Of a DNA stretch of 64,000 nucleotides, positions 1-8,735 are shown piece after piece. Under the pieces are notes generated by a model. It was given only the letters and a program-made list of their open reading frames with translations. It did not search any database and was not told the origin of the DNA. Within the stretch, counting starts at the first letter, position 1; each line of letters opens with the position of its first letter. A program made the translations under genes and the position numbers. The DNA lies in the NCBI GenBank assembly GCA_039028615.1, contig JBCCHT010000005.1:1-64000 (forward strand), given 5' to 3'. The stretch comes from Myxococcota bacterium (GTDB lineage: Bacteria > Myxococcota_A > Polyangia > Nannocystales > Nannocystaceae).

Positions 1-290
1 CGAGGCGGTCGTCTCCCACTGCGCACACATCCAGCACCCAATCTAGGTGGCCTTCGAGCGTGTGCAGAAGCGTGCCGTCGGAGGCTCGCCAGACGCGAAC
101 CGTGCCGTCGTGGCCTGCCGAGGCGAGGCGGTCGTCTCCCACCGCGCACGCACCCCCCACGGGGCCTCGGTGGCCTTCGAGGGTGTGGAGGAGCGTGCCG
201 TCCGAGGCTCGCCAGAGGCGAACCGTGCCGTCCGAGCCCGCCGACGCGAGGCGGTTGTCTCCTACCGCGCACACGCCAAGCACCTCGCTG
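1..290 (-). repeat. Tandem 123-bp (41-aa) WD40-encoding repeat
   Basis: CGAGGCGGT(C/T)GTCTCC recurs at + positions 1, 124 and 247 with high nucleotide identity between units. Confidence 0.9.
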
Positions 291-2914
291 AGTCCGAGGT
301 CGAGTGAGAGCGCGTGGGGCGGAGAAGTCGGTGCCGATGCGGACGCGAATCCGCTTCCACGCGCATCGGCACCAACCCACGCATCAGGAGCCGAAGGCCA
401 CCGAACGCCCGAATCCTGCAGGCCAACGAGGTGCCTCCACCGGAGCGTTTCCGGTCGTAGGTCGAGCGGCTCACCTTCGGAGTGAAGGTCCTCCAACCGG
501 ACCGCTCGTATGCTCGGACGTTCGGGTGGGTTGAACTTCCTACACACCCACTCGATCGCGTCGACGCGCTCCGTGCCTTGCAGGCGCCCCAGCAGCCCGG
601 TCTCACGCATGAGCTGAGCGGTTGCGTCGGGGTCGAGGTAGCGACCAAACGCCCTCAGCCACTCCAGGTTGATGCGCTCCTTATTCTTGCCACGGAGAAC
701 CTCGGTGATCAATGACTCGAACGTCGCCGCGTCCAAGACCTTTCCCCGCAGCTCCTCGTCCGCCTGCGCGAGCGCCCGATTCCAATCCTTGGGCTCCTTC
801 GACAACGCAAATGCCAAGAAACTCCGCGGGTCATAAAGCGACCCAGTCGGAGCACGGCGGGCCACGCTGCGTTTTGGGGCAGGGGGCTGAAGCTCCCGCT
901 CCAACGCATCCGGCTCGAACGCCTCCTCCACCTCCGACACCAACGACTCCGCGGGGTCCAACTCGGCGTCGGCTTGTGGCGCGCGCTCCTCGACGAGCCG
1001 GTAATGGCAAGCGACACGGGGATGCCAGTCGTAGTCCTCCTGGGGGTCGATCACCTTCCGCGCATCGAAGCGGCTTCGTTGTCGCGAGACCTCCAACACC
1101 GCCTTCGCCAGCCGCAATTGCTCCTGATTCTTCGTCCACTGAACGAAGTGATCGATGTCCTCGCGTTCCTTTTCCGAGGTTCCATCGTAGCCCTCGAGCG
1201 CTTGCTGAAGGCGCTTGATCTCAGGCTCGAGTCCAACTCCTTTCAGTTTTTTGAGCCCCTCGACAAACTCGTCGCCTCCGCGCCGTGCACCCAACCGATA
1301 CACCTCCGGAGCGAACAGCTGCAGCAGCACGAGGCGCGCCAGCAACGTCCGCTCATACGGAACCTTTCCGAAGCAACCGTTCGCGACCAAATCCTGGGCA
1401 ACTTCGTCGAGCAACGACAGCAACTCCGCCGCGCGAATGAGCTTGCGTGGGACACTCGGGACGCCCCGTTCGAACAAATGCAGCAGCGTCTCGTCCCACT
1501 CGGGCTCGGCTTCGTCCGGTCCGCCTTCCTCGAGTGCACGCTCCCCATCGGGGCTCCGCACCTCGGGCCGCTTGGCCACCTGAAACAACTTCCGGTACTC
1601 CGACTGCAGGAACGCCCGCGTCTCTGTTTCCGCCAGCGGCGGCACCCGAACCGGCAGATGCACCAGCTTCTCGAGGTACTCCGCGCCGCTGACCGGAGGC
1701 TGCCGCTCGGTGCCTTCCTTCGCCCCCTCGGGGGAAGTCCCGATGTAGTCGCGATACCGATGCAGGATCCCCCGCTCGACGATCTCGTCATCGACACACA
1801 ACACGAACGCACACCCTGGAACCTCGAGGAACAGCTTGATCGACTCGAGCACCTCCACGACCTTCTCCGGCAGGCACCGATCCAGATCATCGATCAAGAA
1901 CAGCAGATCGAGCCGAGGCTCTGGCTCACCTTCGGCCGCCTCCTCTCGCGTGTCGGTATCCGAACTTTGGGGCAGGGCGTGTGCCGATGAACCCTCCTCC
2001 TTGTCGAGCTTCTCGAGCGCCTGGTTGAGCTGTTGGAGTTCACTCGTCAACGCACCATGCCGTCGACTCCAGAAGCGAAGCCGATCGATCTCCAGAACGA
2101 CGGCCTCACGCCGCGCTAGAATCTCCTGTCGCTGTCGCTGTCGCCGCTCGCTCTCCTGCCGCTCCTCCTCACTCCGCTGGATCCGCTTCTGCGCGTCCCC
2201 AATCCACTTCCACGCCTCCGGACGCTCGCCTCGCCCCGTCAGCGCCCGCATGTAGCTCCGCAGATCGAAATACAGCGACTCGTACGCTTCCAACGGCGAC
2301 GGCAATGCCTGCTTCGCGTCCTGACGCTCCTTCCTCCGCGCCACGAACGAATCGATGCTCGTTCCCAAGTCCAGCCGAACTTTTGCCTCCGGCCCTTTGC
2401 CTTCGGGCCCCATACCCCCCGTCGAAAGCTCCCCAGAAAGCCCTTTACCCAGCGCGAGCGCAACATCGCCGAGCATCAACATCGACTCCCGCGCCCACGT
2501 CCGCAGCCGCTGTGTCGACTCCGGCACCTCATCCTCCGCGCGCCCGTCCAAGTACTGCCGCACCGCCCGCTCGGCCGTCTTGAGCATGGGCACGACCAGG
2601 TGCGGCTCACGCTCGAACTGCCAGGCATTGAAGAACACGGGCACCGTAATCCGCCGACTGCTCGGCGGCGCTTCCAAGCTGCCGAACTTCGCCTCGATGC
2701 GACGCAGCCACGTCGTCTTCCCGCACCCCCAGGGCCCATAGATCCCCACGACCAACGCCTGGTCCCCCCGCGAAGGCCCCGCGAATGCCCGCTGTTGTCC
2801 ATCGACGTTGCGGCGCTGCGCTTCGAAGTACCGATCGAGCCGATCCACGAGCGCACGGATGTAGCGGTCCGCTCCGAAGTGCACCGCAGCGGTCGAAGAG
2901 GCACCGATCACCAC
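1..2914 (-). CDS. KAP-family P-loop NTPase with C-terminal WD40 repeats (partial; continues beyond the left edge; start approximate, GTG at 2914, 2911 or 2884)
   Basis: Manual translation of an open minus frame that is absent from the ORF track because it has no stop in the window. It contains Walker A VVGIYGPWGCGKTT, FNAWQFE, Walker B LLFLIDDLDRC and YLEKLVHLPVRVP, then repeats of the form LEGH...AVGDDRLASAGHDGTVRVW. Confidence 0.85.
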   Translation of the reverse strand, partial: MVIGASSTAAVHFGADRYIRALVDRLDRYFEAQRRNVDGQQRAFAGPSRGDQALVVGIYGPWGCGKTTWLRRIEAKFGSLEAPPSSRRITVPVFFNAWQFEREPHLVVPMLKTAERAVRQYLDGRAEDEVPESTQRLRTWARESMLMLGDVALALGKGLSGELSTGGMGPEGKGPEAKVRLDLGTSIDSFVARRKERQDAKQALPSPLEAYESLYFDLRSYMRALTGRGERPEAWKWIGDAQKRIQRSEEERQESERRQRQRQEILARREAVVLEIDRLRFWSRRHGALTSELQQLNQALEKLDKEEGSSAHALPQSSDTDTREEAAEGEPEPRLDLLFLIDDLDRCLPEKVVEVLESIKLFLEVPGCAFVLCVDDEIVERGILHRYRDYIGTSPEGAKEGTERQPPVSGAEYLEKLVHLPVRVPPLAETETRAFLQSEYRKLFQVAKRPEVRSPDGERALEEGGPDEAEPEWDETLLHLFERGVPSVPRKLIRAAELLSLLDEVAQDLVANGCFGKVPYERTLLARLVLLQLFAPEVYRLGARRGGDEFVEGLKKLKGVGLEPEIKRLQQALEGYDGTSEKEREDIDHFVQWTKNQEQLRLAKAVLEVSRQRSRFDARKVIDPQEDYDWHPRVACHYRLVEERAPQADAELDPAESLVSEVEEAFEPDALERELQPPAPKRSVARRAPTGSLYDPRSFLAFALSKEPKDWNRALAQADEELRGKVLDAATFESLITEVLRGKNKERINLEWLRAFGRYLDPDATAQLMRETGLLGRLQGTERVDAIEWVCRKFNPPERPSIRAVRLEDLHSEGEPLDLRPETLRWRHLVGLQDSGVRWPSAPDAWVGADARGSGFASASAPTSPPHALSLDLGLSEVLGVCAVGDNRLASAGSDGTVRLWRASDGTLLHTLEGHRGPVGGACAVGDDRLASAGHDGTVRVWRASDGTLLHTLEGHLDWVLDVCAVGDDRL

Positions 2915-3072
2915 GACGATGGTACCAAGACCGCTGCGTCCCGATCCTGGCCCGTTTGGACCAGCCGGCCGGGATCATGATGTTTGACGGTCGCGTCTCG
3001 AGGCAGGCAGGTCAGGGCGCGACGACCCCACGCCGCGAGCTCTCGGGACTTCGCTCCCGCGATTCGCTGCGC

Positions 3073-3426
3073 TCAGATCGACGTCACGAAGAACGAGTTG
3101 CCCTGGCGCAGCAGTCGACGAAGGATCGCGAGCCAGTAATCCTCCTCCACTACCTCGTCGGGGATGGTCTCCAGCGCCGCCGCCAGCGACCGAGATTTCT
3201 CGATCGCCTCGTCGAGCGGCACTTCGAGAGCGAGCTCTCCGTAGATGGGCCACATGGACTTGGGCACACCGTGCTGCTCGGCCAGCGTCAGGATCTCGGT
3301 GAGCGACGACCAGCTGATCATCGCACTGTCCCCATCGATGCCCACGACTTCCACGACCATCCTGCCCCGCGGTGTTGTGCCAGCCTGCAGTTCGAAGCCT
3401 TTGCCCCAAATGAGAGTTGCGCCCAT
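3073..3426 (-). CDS. Small hypothetical protein (~117 aa)
   Basis: Protein-like ORF starting MGATLIWGKGFEL with globular acidic composition; no recognisable motif. Confidence 0.55.
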   Translation of the reverse strand: MGATLIWGKGFELQAGTTPRGRMVVEVVGIDGDSAMISWSSLTEILTLAEQHGVPKSMWPIYGELALEVPLDEAIEKSRSLAAALETIPDEVVEEDYWLAILRRLLRQGNSFFVTSI

Positions 3427-3534
3427 GATCTGCGGTGAGGAAGTCGATGGCGATAGGTAGTATCGCCATGTCGGAGTGAAGCAGCACCTCGAACGCATCG
3501 CAAGGTTGATCGTAGAAGCCCAGAGGAACGACCC

Positions 3535-4089
3535 ATGAGACCCATCGAACAGGAGCAGTTCGAACGAGAAGTCCTGTTCTCCATCATGAGAGACTCGGTG
3601 AACATTCTGATGCGAACCGAGGTTCGGCCTCGAGGCCTACTCGTGGGCGAGTCGAACGAACTCGATTGGACGAACGCACTCATCGTCGGCTACTTGCCCG
3701 AACTCGCGCGGGCGATACCTCTTGCGGAGACATCCATCGCCCCGCCGAAAACCGGCGACGACGTCGAGTTCTGGTTGTGTCTGCCTACGCGGAAGAGCCG
3801 GGATGCGCTGACGACATTCCTTCCCGCCTTCCTCGAGGCGGCGATCAAACTCGAGACCATTGCGCCAGCCGCGAGAGACCAGCTCGCGGGAAGCTGTGCA
3901 ACGGTGGCCGACAAAGTCGCCATGATGTGGGACCGGACCGGTTCTGAGAAACGGGACCGCAGGTCATGGGCTGTAGAACCCAAGCAGTCAGCTGACGTGC
4001 AGCGACGGCTCCGGCTCGAACACCACGCGCATGCGTTGGTCGCTTTCCAGCACGATCGCCGGCCCGTCCGCGCCATGCTCCATCGATAG
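3535..4089 (+). CDS. Hypothetical protein
   Basis: ATG preceded by AGAGGA. The first ~135 aa look protein-like; the 3' end overlaps a convergent ORF. Confidence 0.5.
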   Translation: MRPIEQEQFEREVLFSIMRDSVNILMRTEVRPRGLLVGESNELDWTNALIVGYLPELARAIPLAETSIAPPKTGDDVEFWLCLPTRKSRDALTTFLPAFLEAAIKLETIAPAARDQLAGSCATVADKVAMMWDRTGSEKRDRRSWAVEPKQSADVQRRLRLEHHAHALVAFQHDRRPVRAMLHR

Positions 4090-4473
4090 CGGAACATACT
4101 CGTACAGCAGTGGATCGTCGCTGTTCGCCTCCGCATCGAGCAGAGCGTCGGTCAGCGCTCCAAGGTCGACCTGATGGAGCCGCGCTCCCGTCTCGATTTC
4201 GTAGACCGACAGCTCGACCTCGACCGAGTCCCCTTCGAACGAGACTCGGTGCACCGCGAGCTGGTCCTGCCACCGCGCATGCATGGTGTCGACGCCCGCC
4301 GCCTCGGCCAGCGTCGCGATCACCTCGTCGTCACGATCGCTCGCGAGCAACAACAGCCACACCCGTGTGTTCTGCCCATCCGGGAGCACGCCGATCCGCA
4401 GCGTACGGGTCGCATCGAGCGGTTCGTCGCGCCACTCCACGAGCGCGAGCAGTTTCTCGGGTATCGCCGACAT
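3988..4473 (-). CDS. Hypothetical protein (~161 aa)
   Basis: ORF starting MSAIPEKLL; acidic, beta-rich, coding-like composition. Confidence 0.55.
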   Translation of the reverse strand: MSAIPEKLLALVEWRDEPLDATRTLRIGVLPDGQNTRVWLLLLASDRDDEVIATLAEAAGVDTMHARWQDQLAVHRVSFEGDSVEVELSVYEIETGARLHQVDLGALTDALLDAEANSDDPLLYEYVPLSMEHGADGPAIVLESDQRMRVVFEPEPSLHVS

Positions 4474-4666
4474 CGTGGCGCGAGCGTACCCATGAACAAC
4501 TCGTTCCACACGTGCGAAATCCAATCGCTGCGGGCGGGATTCGGCCGGCGGAAACATCGCCGAAAATAGATCGAACCTGCGGCCGAGGGCGGACGACCTA
4601 GGAGGTGGACGAACACGCCTGGGCGATTGGCGTGCGCGCGCCGTCGCTCGGCATGGAGGATCACGA

Positions 4667-6745
4667 ATGAAATCAAAACGACTCTATCGCCGCCCCCTCT
4701 CGATCGGGAGCAGCTCGCTTGCGGGCGCCGCCTTGTTGATGGGCCCGGTTCTCGGCGTCGCTCAGGCCGGCTCGAAACCGGGCGTCGCCACACTCGACTC
4801 GAGCGCGGGCCTCGTCCACGCCTATACCGACAGCAACATGAGCTGGGACGCGGCGCCGACCCTTCGCTCCCATACGCGTGCGATCACGGTCGGCGGCAAC
4901 GACTATCTGCTCTCGCTCGATGGCCAGGGCGGGCGGGTCTACGTCAACGCTCGGACCGACACGGACGTGGGGACGCTGCTGTGGGAGTACCCCACGCATC
5001 ACCGCTGGACGGCCATGGACACGTACGTGCTCAACGGAACGCAGCAAGTGGTGCTGTTCGACGGCGAGGCGGGCGTGATGCGGACCTATGACGTCTCGAG
5101 CACGGGCACGCTCTCGCTGGACCTGGAGATCGAGTCCTCGAATCTCGCCGACAAGCAGGTCTTCGACGCCTATGTGTTTGCCGGCAACGCGTGGTTCTTC
5201 GCCATGAACCGCTTCGATGGCACCAACGCCCGCGGTGAGATCGGCGGAGCCTCGATGGTGACGGGCGACTGGTCGAATGGCTGGAGCCACGTACAGCACG
5301 TCGAGCGTCGCGGGAAGCTGTACCGGCTGCTCTACAAGCAGTCATCGGCGTTCACCACTCAGCCGGGACGCCTGTATGTCCAGGAGGTGACGGCGACGGG
5401 GAGCACCATCAGCACGCGGCTGCCCAACACCTGGATGGACGACTACACGGACGTGACGATGGTCGGCGACCCGACCACGACCGCTCGACGGGTCTGGATC
5501 ATCGCTTATCGCCAGGACCCCTCGCGCTACTACGCTCGTCTGTTCGACCTCGACAGCAAGACTCGGATCGTCAACAAGTGGAGCGACGCGGCCAACCTGC
5601 CCTTCGATCGGCTGCACTTCTTCGAGGACGGCACCACGGTTCGCGCCGTCGCCATCGACGAGGACGACGGCTCGCTCGCGGCCAGCGCGAGCTCTCTGGA
5701 GGCGTTCGATCAGCACGTCGACGACCAGTGGATTTCCCCGGGCGGGACCTTGCTGCCGCCCGCGGGTTTCCAGGTCTCGCTGCGACAGTATGGCCGTCTG
5801 CTCTTCCGTCGCGTCGAAGGGCTCGGTGACTACTCCGGCACCACGCCGGTCGACCTGGAGCGGACCGACAACATGGCGATCGAGTCGGTCAGCAAGGTCA
5901 TCACGGGCCTCAACATCCTCAAGCTCGCCGAGATGGAGGAGATCGATGTCGACGTACCGTTCACGTACTACCTGGACTGGGGCCCCGAGCTCGACGGCCT
6001 CCAGCCGGGGGCGGCTCCATGGTTTTTCGATGGCATCACCATCGACGATTTGTTGCGGCACGAGAGCGGCGTCGGAAATGGCGTAGAGGCTTTCACGAGC
6101 ACCGAGGGCGACACCAGCTCCGCGCCATTCGTGGGCCCGTTCCTCGACATGGCATTCGTCAGCGATCCGACCTGCGCCACGGGAACCGGGCCGGCGACCT
6201 GCGGCAGCGACTACGAGAACGGCAACGTGCTGCTCCAGCGCCTGATCTACGATCGATTCGCCGGGGGGCGCGACACGGCGGCCTCGATGGACCTCACCTA
6301 CAACCTGTGGATGTCCAGCGTCTACCATGAGATGCCGCATTGTCTGCAAGGCGAGGCGCTGCGGTTCCAGAACCTGCCCGCGACCCCGACCAACGGTACC
6401 TATGCGCCGGCCTCGGGCCACTGCGGTGCTCGGGGATGGAAGGCCAATACCGACTTCCTGTCCCGCATGCTCAGTGCCCTGCGGTACGAGCAGATCCTGG
6501 GCCCGACCTGGACGGACGAAGTCCGCTCGATGGGCGCGGAGACGGTCTTGATGTGGACCAATAGCTCGGCGACGAGCCAGTACCTCAGCAAGAACGGAAC
6601 GATCCAAGCGGGGGCGAGTGCCGTCATTGCGACCGATCACGGCAACGTATCCCGGCATCTCGATGGCTCGTCGATCGCCGGCACCCGCGACGGCATCAAT
6701 ACCGCGTCATCCATCTTCTCGGGCCAGCTCGGCTCCAACTTTTGA
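4667..6745 (+). CDS. Secreted serine hydrolase (beta-lactamase/PBP-like C-terminal domain) with an N-terminal Trp-rich propeller-like region
   Basis: GGAGG RBS; signal peptide ending AQA; SxxK (ESVSK), LLRHESG, YxN (YENGN) and KNG triad. Confidence 0.75.
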   Translation: MKSKRLYRRPLSIGSSSLAGAALLMGPVLGVAQAGSKPGVATLDSSAGLVHAYTDSNMSWDAAPTLRSHTRAITVGGNDYLLSLDGQGGRVYVNARTDTDVGTLLWEYPTHHRWTAMDTYVLNGTQQVVLFDGEAGVMRTYDVSSTGTLSLDLEIESSNLADKQVFDAYVFAGNAWFFAMNRFDGTNARGEIGGASMVTGDWSNGWSHVQHVERRGKLYRLLYKQSSAFTTQPGRLYVQEVTATGSTISTRLPNTWMDDYTDVTMVGDPTTTARRVWIIAYRQDPSRYYARLFDLDSKTRIVNKWSDAANLPFDRLHFFEDGTTVRAVAIDEDDGSLAASASSLEAFDQHVDDQWISPGGTLLPPAGFQVSLRQYGRLLFRRVEGLGDYSGTTPVDLERTDNMAIESVSKVITGLNILKLAEMEEIDVDVPFTYYLDWGPELDGLQPGAAPWFFDGITIDDLLRHESGVGNGVEAFTSTEGDTSSAPFVGPFLDMAFVSDPTCATGTGPATCGSDYENGNVLLQRLIYDRFAGGRDTAASMDLTYNLWMSSVYHEMPHCLQGEALRFQNLPATPTNGTYAPASGHCGARGWKANTDFLSRMLSALRYEQILGPTWTDEVRSMGAETVLMWTNSSATSQYLSKNGTIQAGASAVIATDHGNVSRHLDGSSIAGTRDGINTASSIFSGQLGSNF

Positions 6746-6761
6746 TGGCGAGAGGACTACG

Positions 6762-8522
6762 ATGATGACCAACAAGACCCTCGAAATTACTGCCCTCTCG
6801 CTGGCTGCTTCTCTGGTGGCTGCGTGCACGCAGCCCGACGTCGACGAGCATGAGCCCGACACGGCCTCGCTGAGCGAGGAGCTCGGCGATGAGCCCGAGA
6901 TGCTCGACGAGACCGTCGAGGTCGCGGTGACGTGGACACGTCACGATCGCAGCCGCGAGCTGCCGGCCGATGTCATCGGGACCATCCCCGATGTCCCTGC
7001 GGCCGACACCGAACGACGCCTCGCCGCCGAGACGCTCGATGTGCCCCGCATCGCCAACCTGGCGGCCGCGGGAGGTTTCACGCTCCCCGGAGACGATCCG
7101 GTCGTCGCCAGCTGGTCCGGCGTGGGCAACGACTGGAACGATGCCTTCGGTCGCAGCGTGGCCATCGGCGACTTCAACGACGACGGCATCGACGACTACG
7201 CGATCGGTGCTCCGTTCGAGGTCGTGGGCGGGAACCGAGCGCGTGGAGCCGTGTACGTCTGGCACGGCAACCAGGACGGCACGGCCACGCCCGCGGAGCG
7301 CCTCTTCGACCCCTACGCGTCCAGCAACGAGTACCTCCACTTTGGCTGGTCGCTCGCGGTGGGCGACTTCGACGACGATGGCCACGACGATCTGGCCATC
7401 TCGTCTCCCTACGATCGTCGCGGCGCGGGCTCGCGCGGCGGCTCCGTGACCATCTACCACGGCACGTCGCAGAGCTTCTCCTACGAAGGCGAGCTCGATC
7501 AGGAGTCGATGAACCTCGACGTCAACGAACGCGGGGACCGTTTCGGCTGGTCGATGGCCGCGGGCGACTTCGACGGAGACGGGGACGACGACCTCGCCAT
7601 CGGTGCCCCGGGAGAGACCGTCGGCACCTTGGCCTCGGGCGCCGTCTATGTCGCCTTGGCCAACTCGAGCGGCGAACTCGTGGGATACACCGCGATTCGC
7701 CAGAGCGACCAGGGTTCACTGGGCTCGCCCGAAGGCCATGAGCGCTTCGGGGCCGCCGTGGCCAGCGGTGGGCGCCTGTACCCGGGCACCGAGCCGACGA
7801 ACGCCGAGACCCTGGTCGTGGGTTGCTTCAACGACGTCGTCAATGGCCGACGAGTGGGCGCCGCCTACACCTACTCGATGATCGGCAGTGGCTTTCAACC
7901 GCAGGACCGGCTCACTCAGAACGGCTCACAAGAAGAGGGAGACGACTTCGGTTGGTCGCTCGCGATCGGCGACTTCGATGCCGACGGCAACGACGACCTC
8001 GCCGTCGGTGCCCCCGGTGAGAACCGCGACACGGGTTGGGTCTGGGTGTGGGAAGGCGACGGCAACGACATCCACTACGGATACAACTTCGGCGGGACCG
8101 GCTTGGGCTACCTGCCCGGTGCACGCTTCGGGCACGCCCTGGGGGCCGGCGAACTCACCGGAGGTGGCGGCACCGATCTCGTCATCGGTGCACCCGGGAC
8201 CGCGTGGTTGGAGGAGCCGTGGACCGGTTTCGGGGTCCAACCCGACGTCGGTGCCATCGCGTACGCCTACGGTTTGCCGGGAATCGGCGCCCAGTATCTG
8301 GGCAACTACGTCCGTCAGCTCGATGGATGGACGCGTCAGTCGGGCGAGCGCTACGGGGTGTCGGTCGCGGTCGGGGAGAGCTCCGGTGTCGTGCTCGCGG
8401 GGTCTCCCTTCGAGACCGTCGACGGCACCGAGCGCGTCGGCTCGGCCCAGATCTGGCGCTGGGTGGCCAACCCGCCCTTGGCTCCCGCCGTGCAGCCGCA
8501 GTTCGAGTTGGTCCAGGAGTAG
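6762..8522 (+). CDS. FG-GAP (integrin-alpha-like beta-propeller) repeat lipoprotein
   Basis: Lipobox-like LVAAC; repeated FGxSxAxGDFDxDGxDDLAIGAPGE; AGAGGA RBS; starts 16 bp after the upstream gene. Confidence 0.85.
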   Translation: MMTNKTLEITALSLAASLVAACTQPDVDEHEPDTASLSEELGDEPEMLDETVEVAVTWTRHDRSRELPADVIGTIPDVPAADTERRLAAETLDVPRIANLAAAGGFTLPGDDPVVASWSGVGNDWNDAFGRSVAIGDFNDDGIDDYAIGAPFEVVGGNRARGAVYVWHGNQDGTATPAERLFDPYASSNEYLHFGWSLAVGDFDDDGHDDLAISSPYDRRGAGSRGGSVTIYHGTSQSFSYEGELDQESMNLDVNERGDRFGWSMAAGDFDGDGDDDLAIGAPGETVGTLASGAVYVALANSSGELVGYTAIRQSDQGSLGSPEGHERFGAAVASGGRLYPGTEPTNAETLVVGCFNDVVNGRRVGAAYTYSMIGSGFQPQDRLTQNGSQEEGDDFGWSLAIGDFDADGNDDLAVGAPGENRDTGWVWVWEGDGNDIHYGYNFGGTGLGYLPGARFGHALGAGELTGGGGTDLVIGAPGTAWLEEPWTGFGVQPDVGAIAYAYGLPGIGAQYLGNYVRQLDGWTRQSGERYGVSVAVGESSGVVLAGSPFETVDGTERVGSAQIWRWVANPPLAPAVQPQFELVQE

Positions 8523-8650
8523 GGGGAGCCCTGGACCCGGACCGTCCGTGCGAGTCGTGTACGCCCGCTTTGCGAAGGGGTGTACACGGCTCGCCGGGGG
8601 TCACGTTGGGCAACCGCCGCCCGGGTCGACGGGAGCATGGGCGCGCAATT

Positions 8651-8715
8651 GCGACGCAAACCGTACGCTTCGTCCATCGCGACCTTGGTCGCACGAAGCG
8701 CACGGTTTGCGACGC
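8651..8715. repeat. Long imperfect inverted repeat between convergent genes (terminator or REP-like)
   Basis: CGCAAACCGTACGCTTCGT pairs with ACGAAGCGCACGGTTTGCG (1 mismatch), enclosing an inner GCGACC-TT-GGTCGC stem. Confidence 0.6.
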
Positions 8716-8735
8716 TGGCGAACGTCGGCGGTGTC

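Noticed and set aside
1..290. 123-bp repeats as a CRISPR array or non-coding repeat
   Set aside because: They are in-frame WD40 coding units with no unique spacers.
974..1990. 338-aa plus-strand ORF
   Set aside because: Antisense shadow of the KAP NTPase gene.
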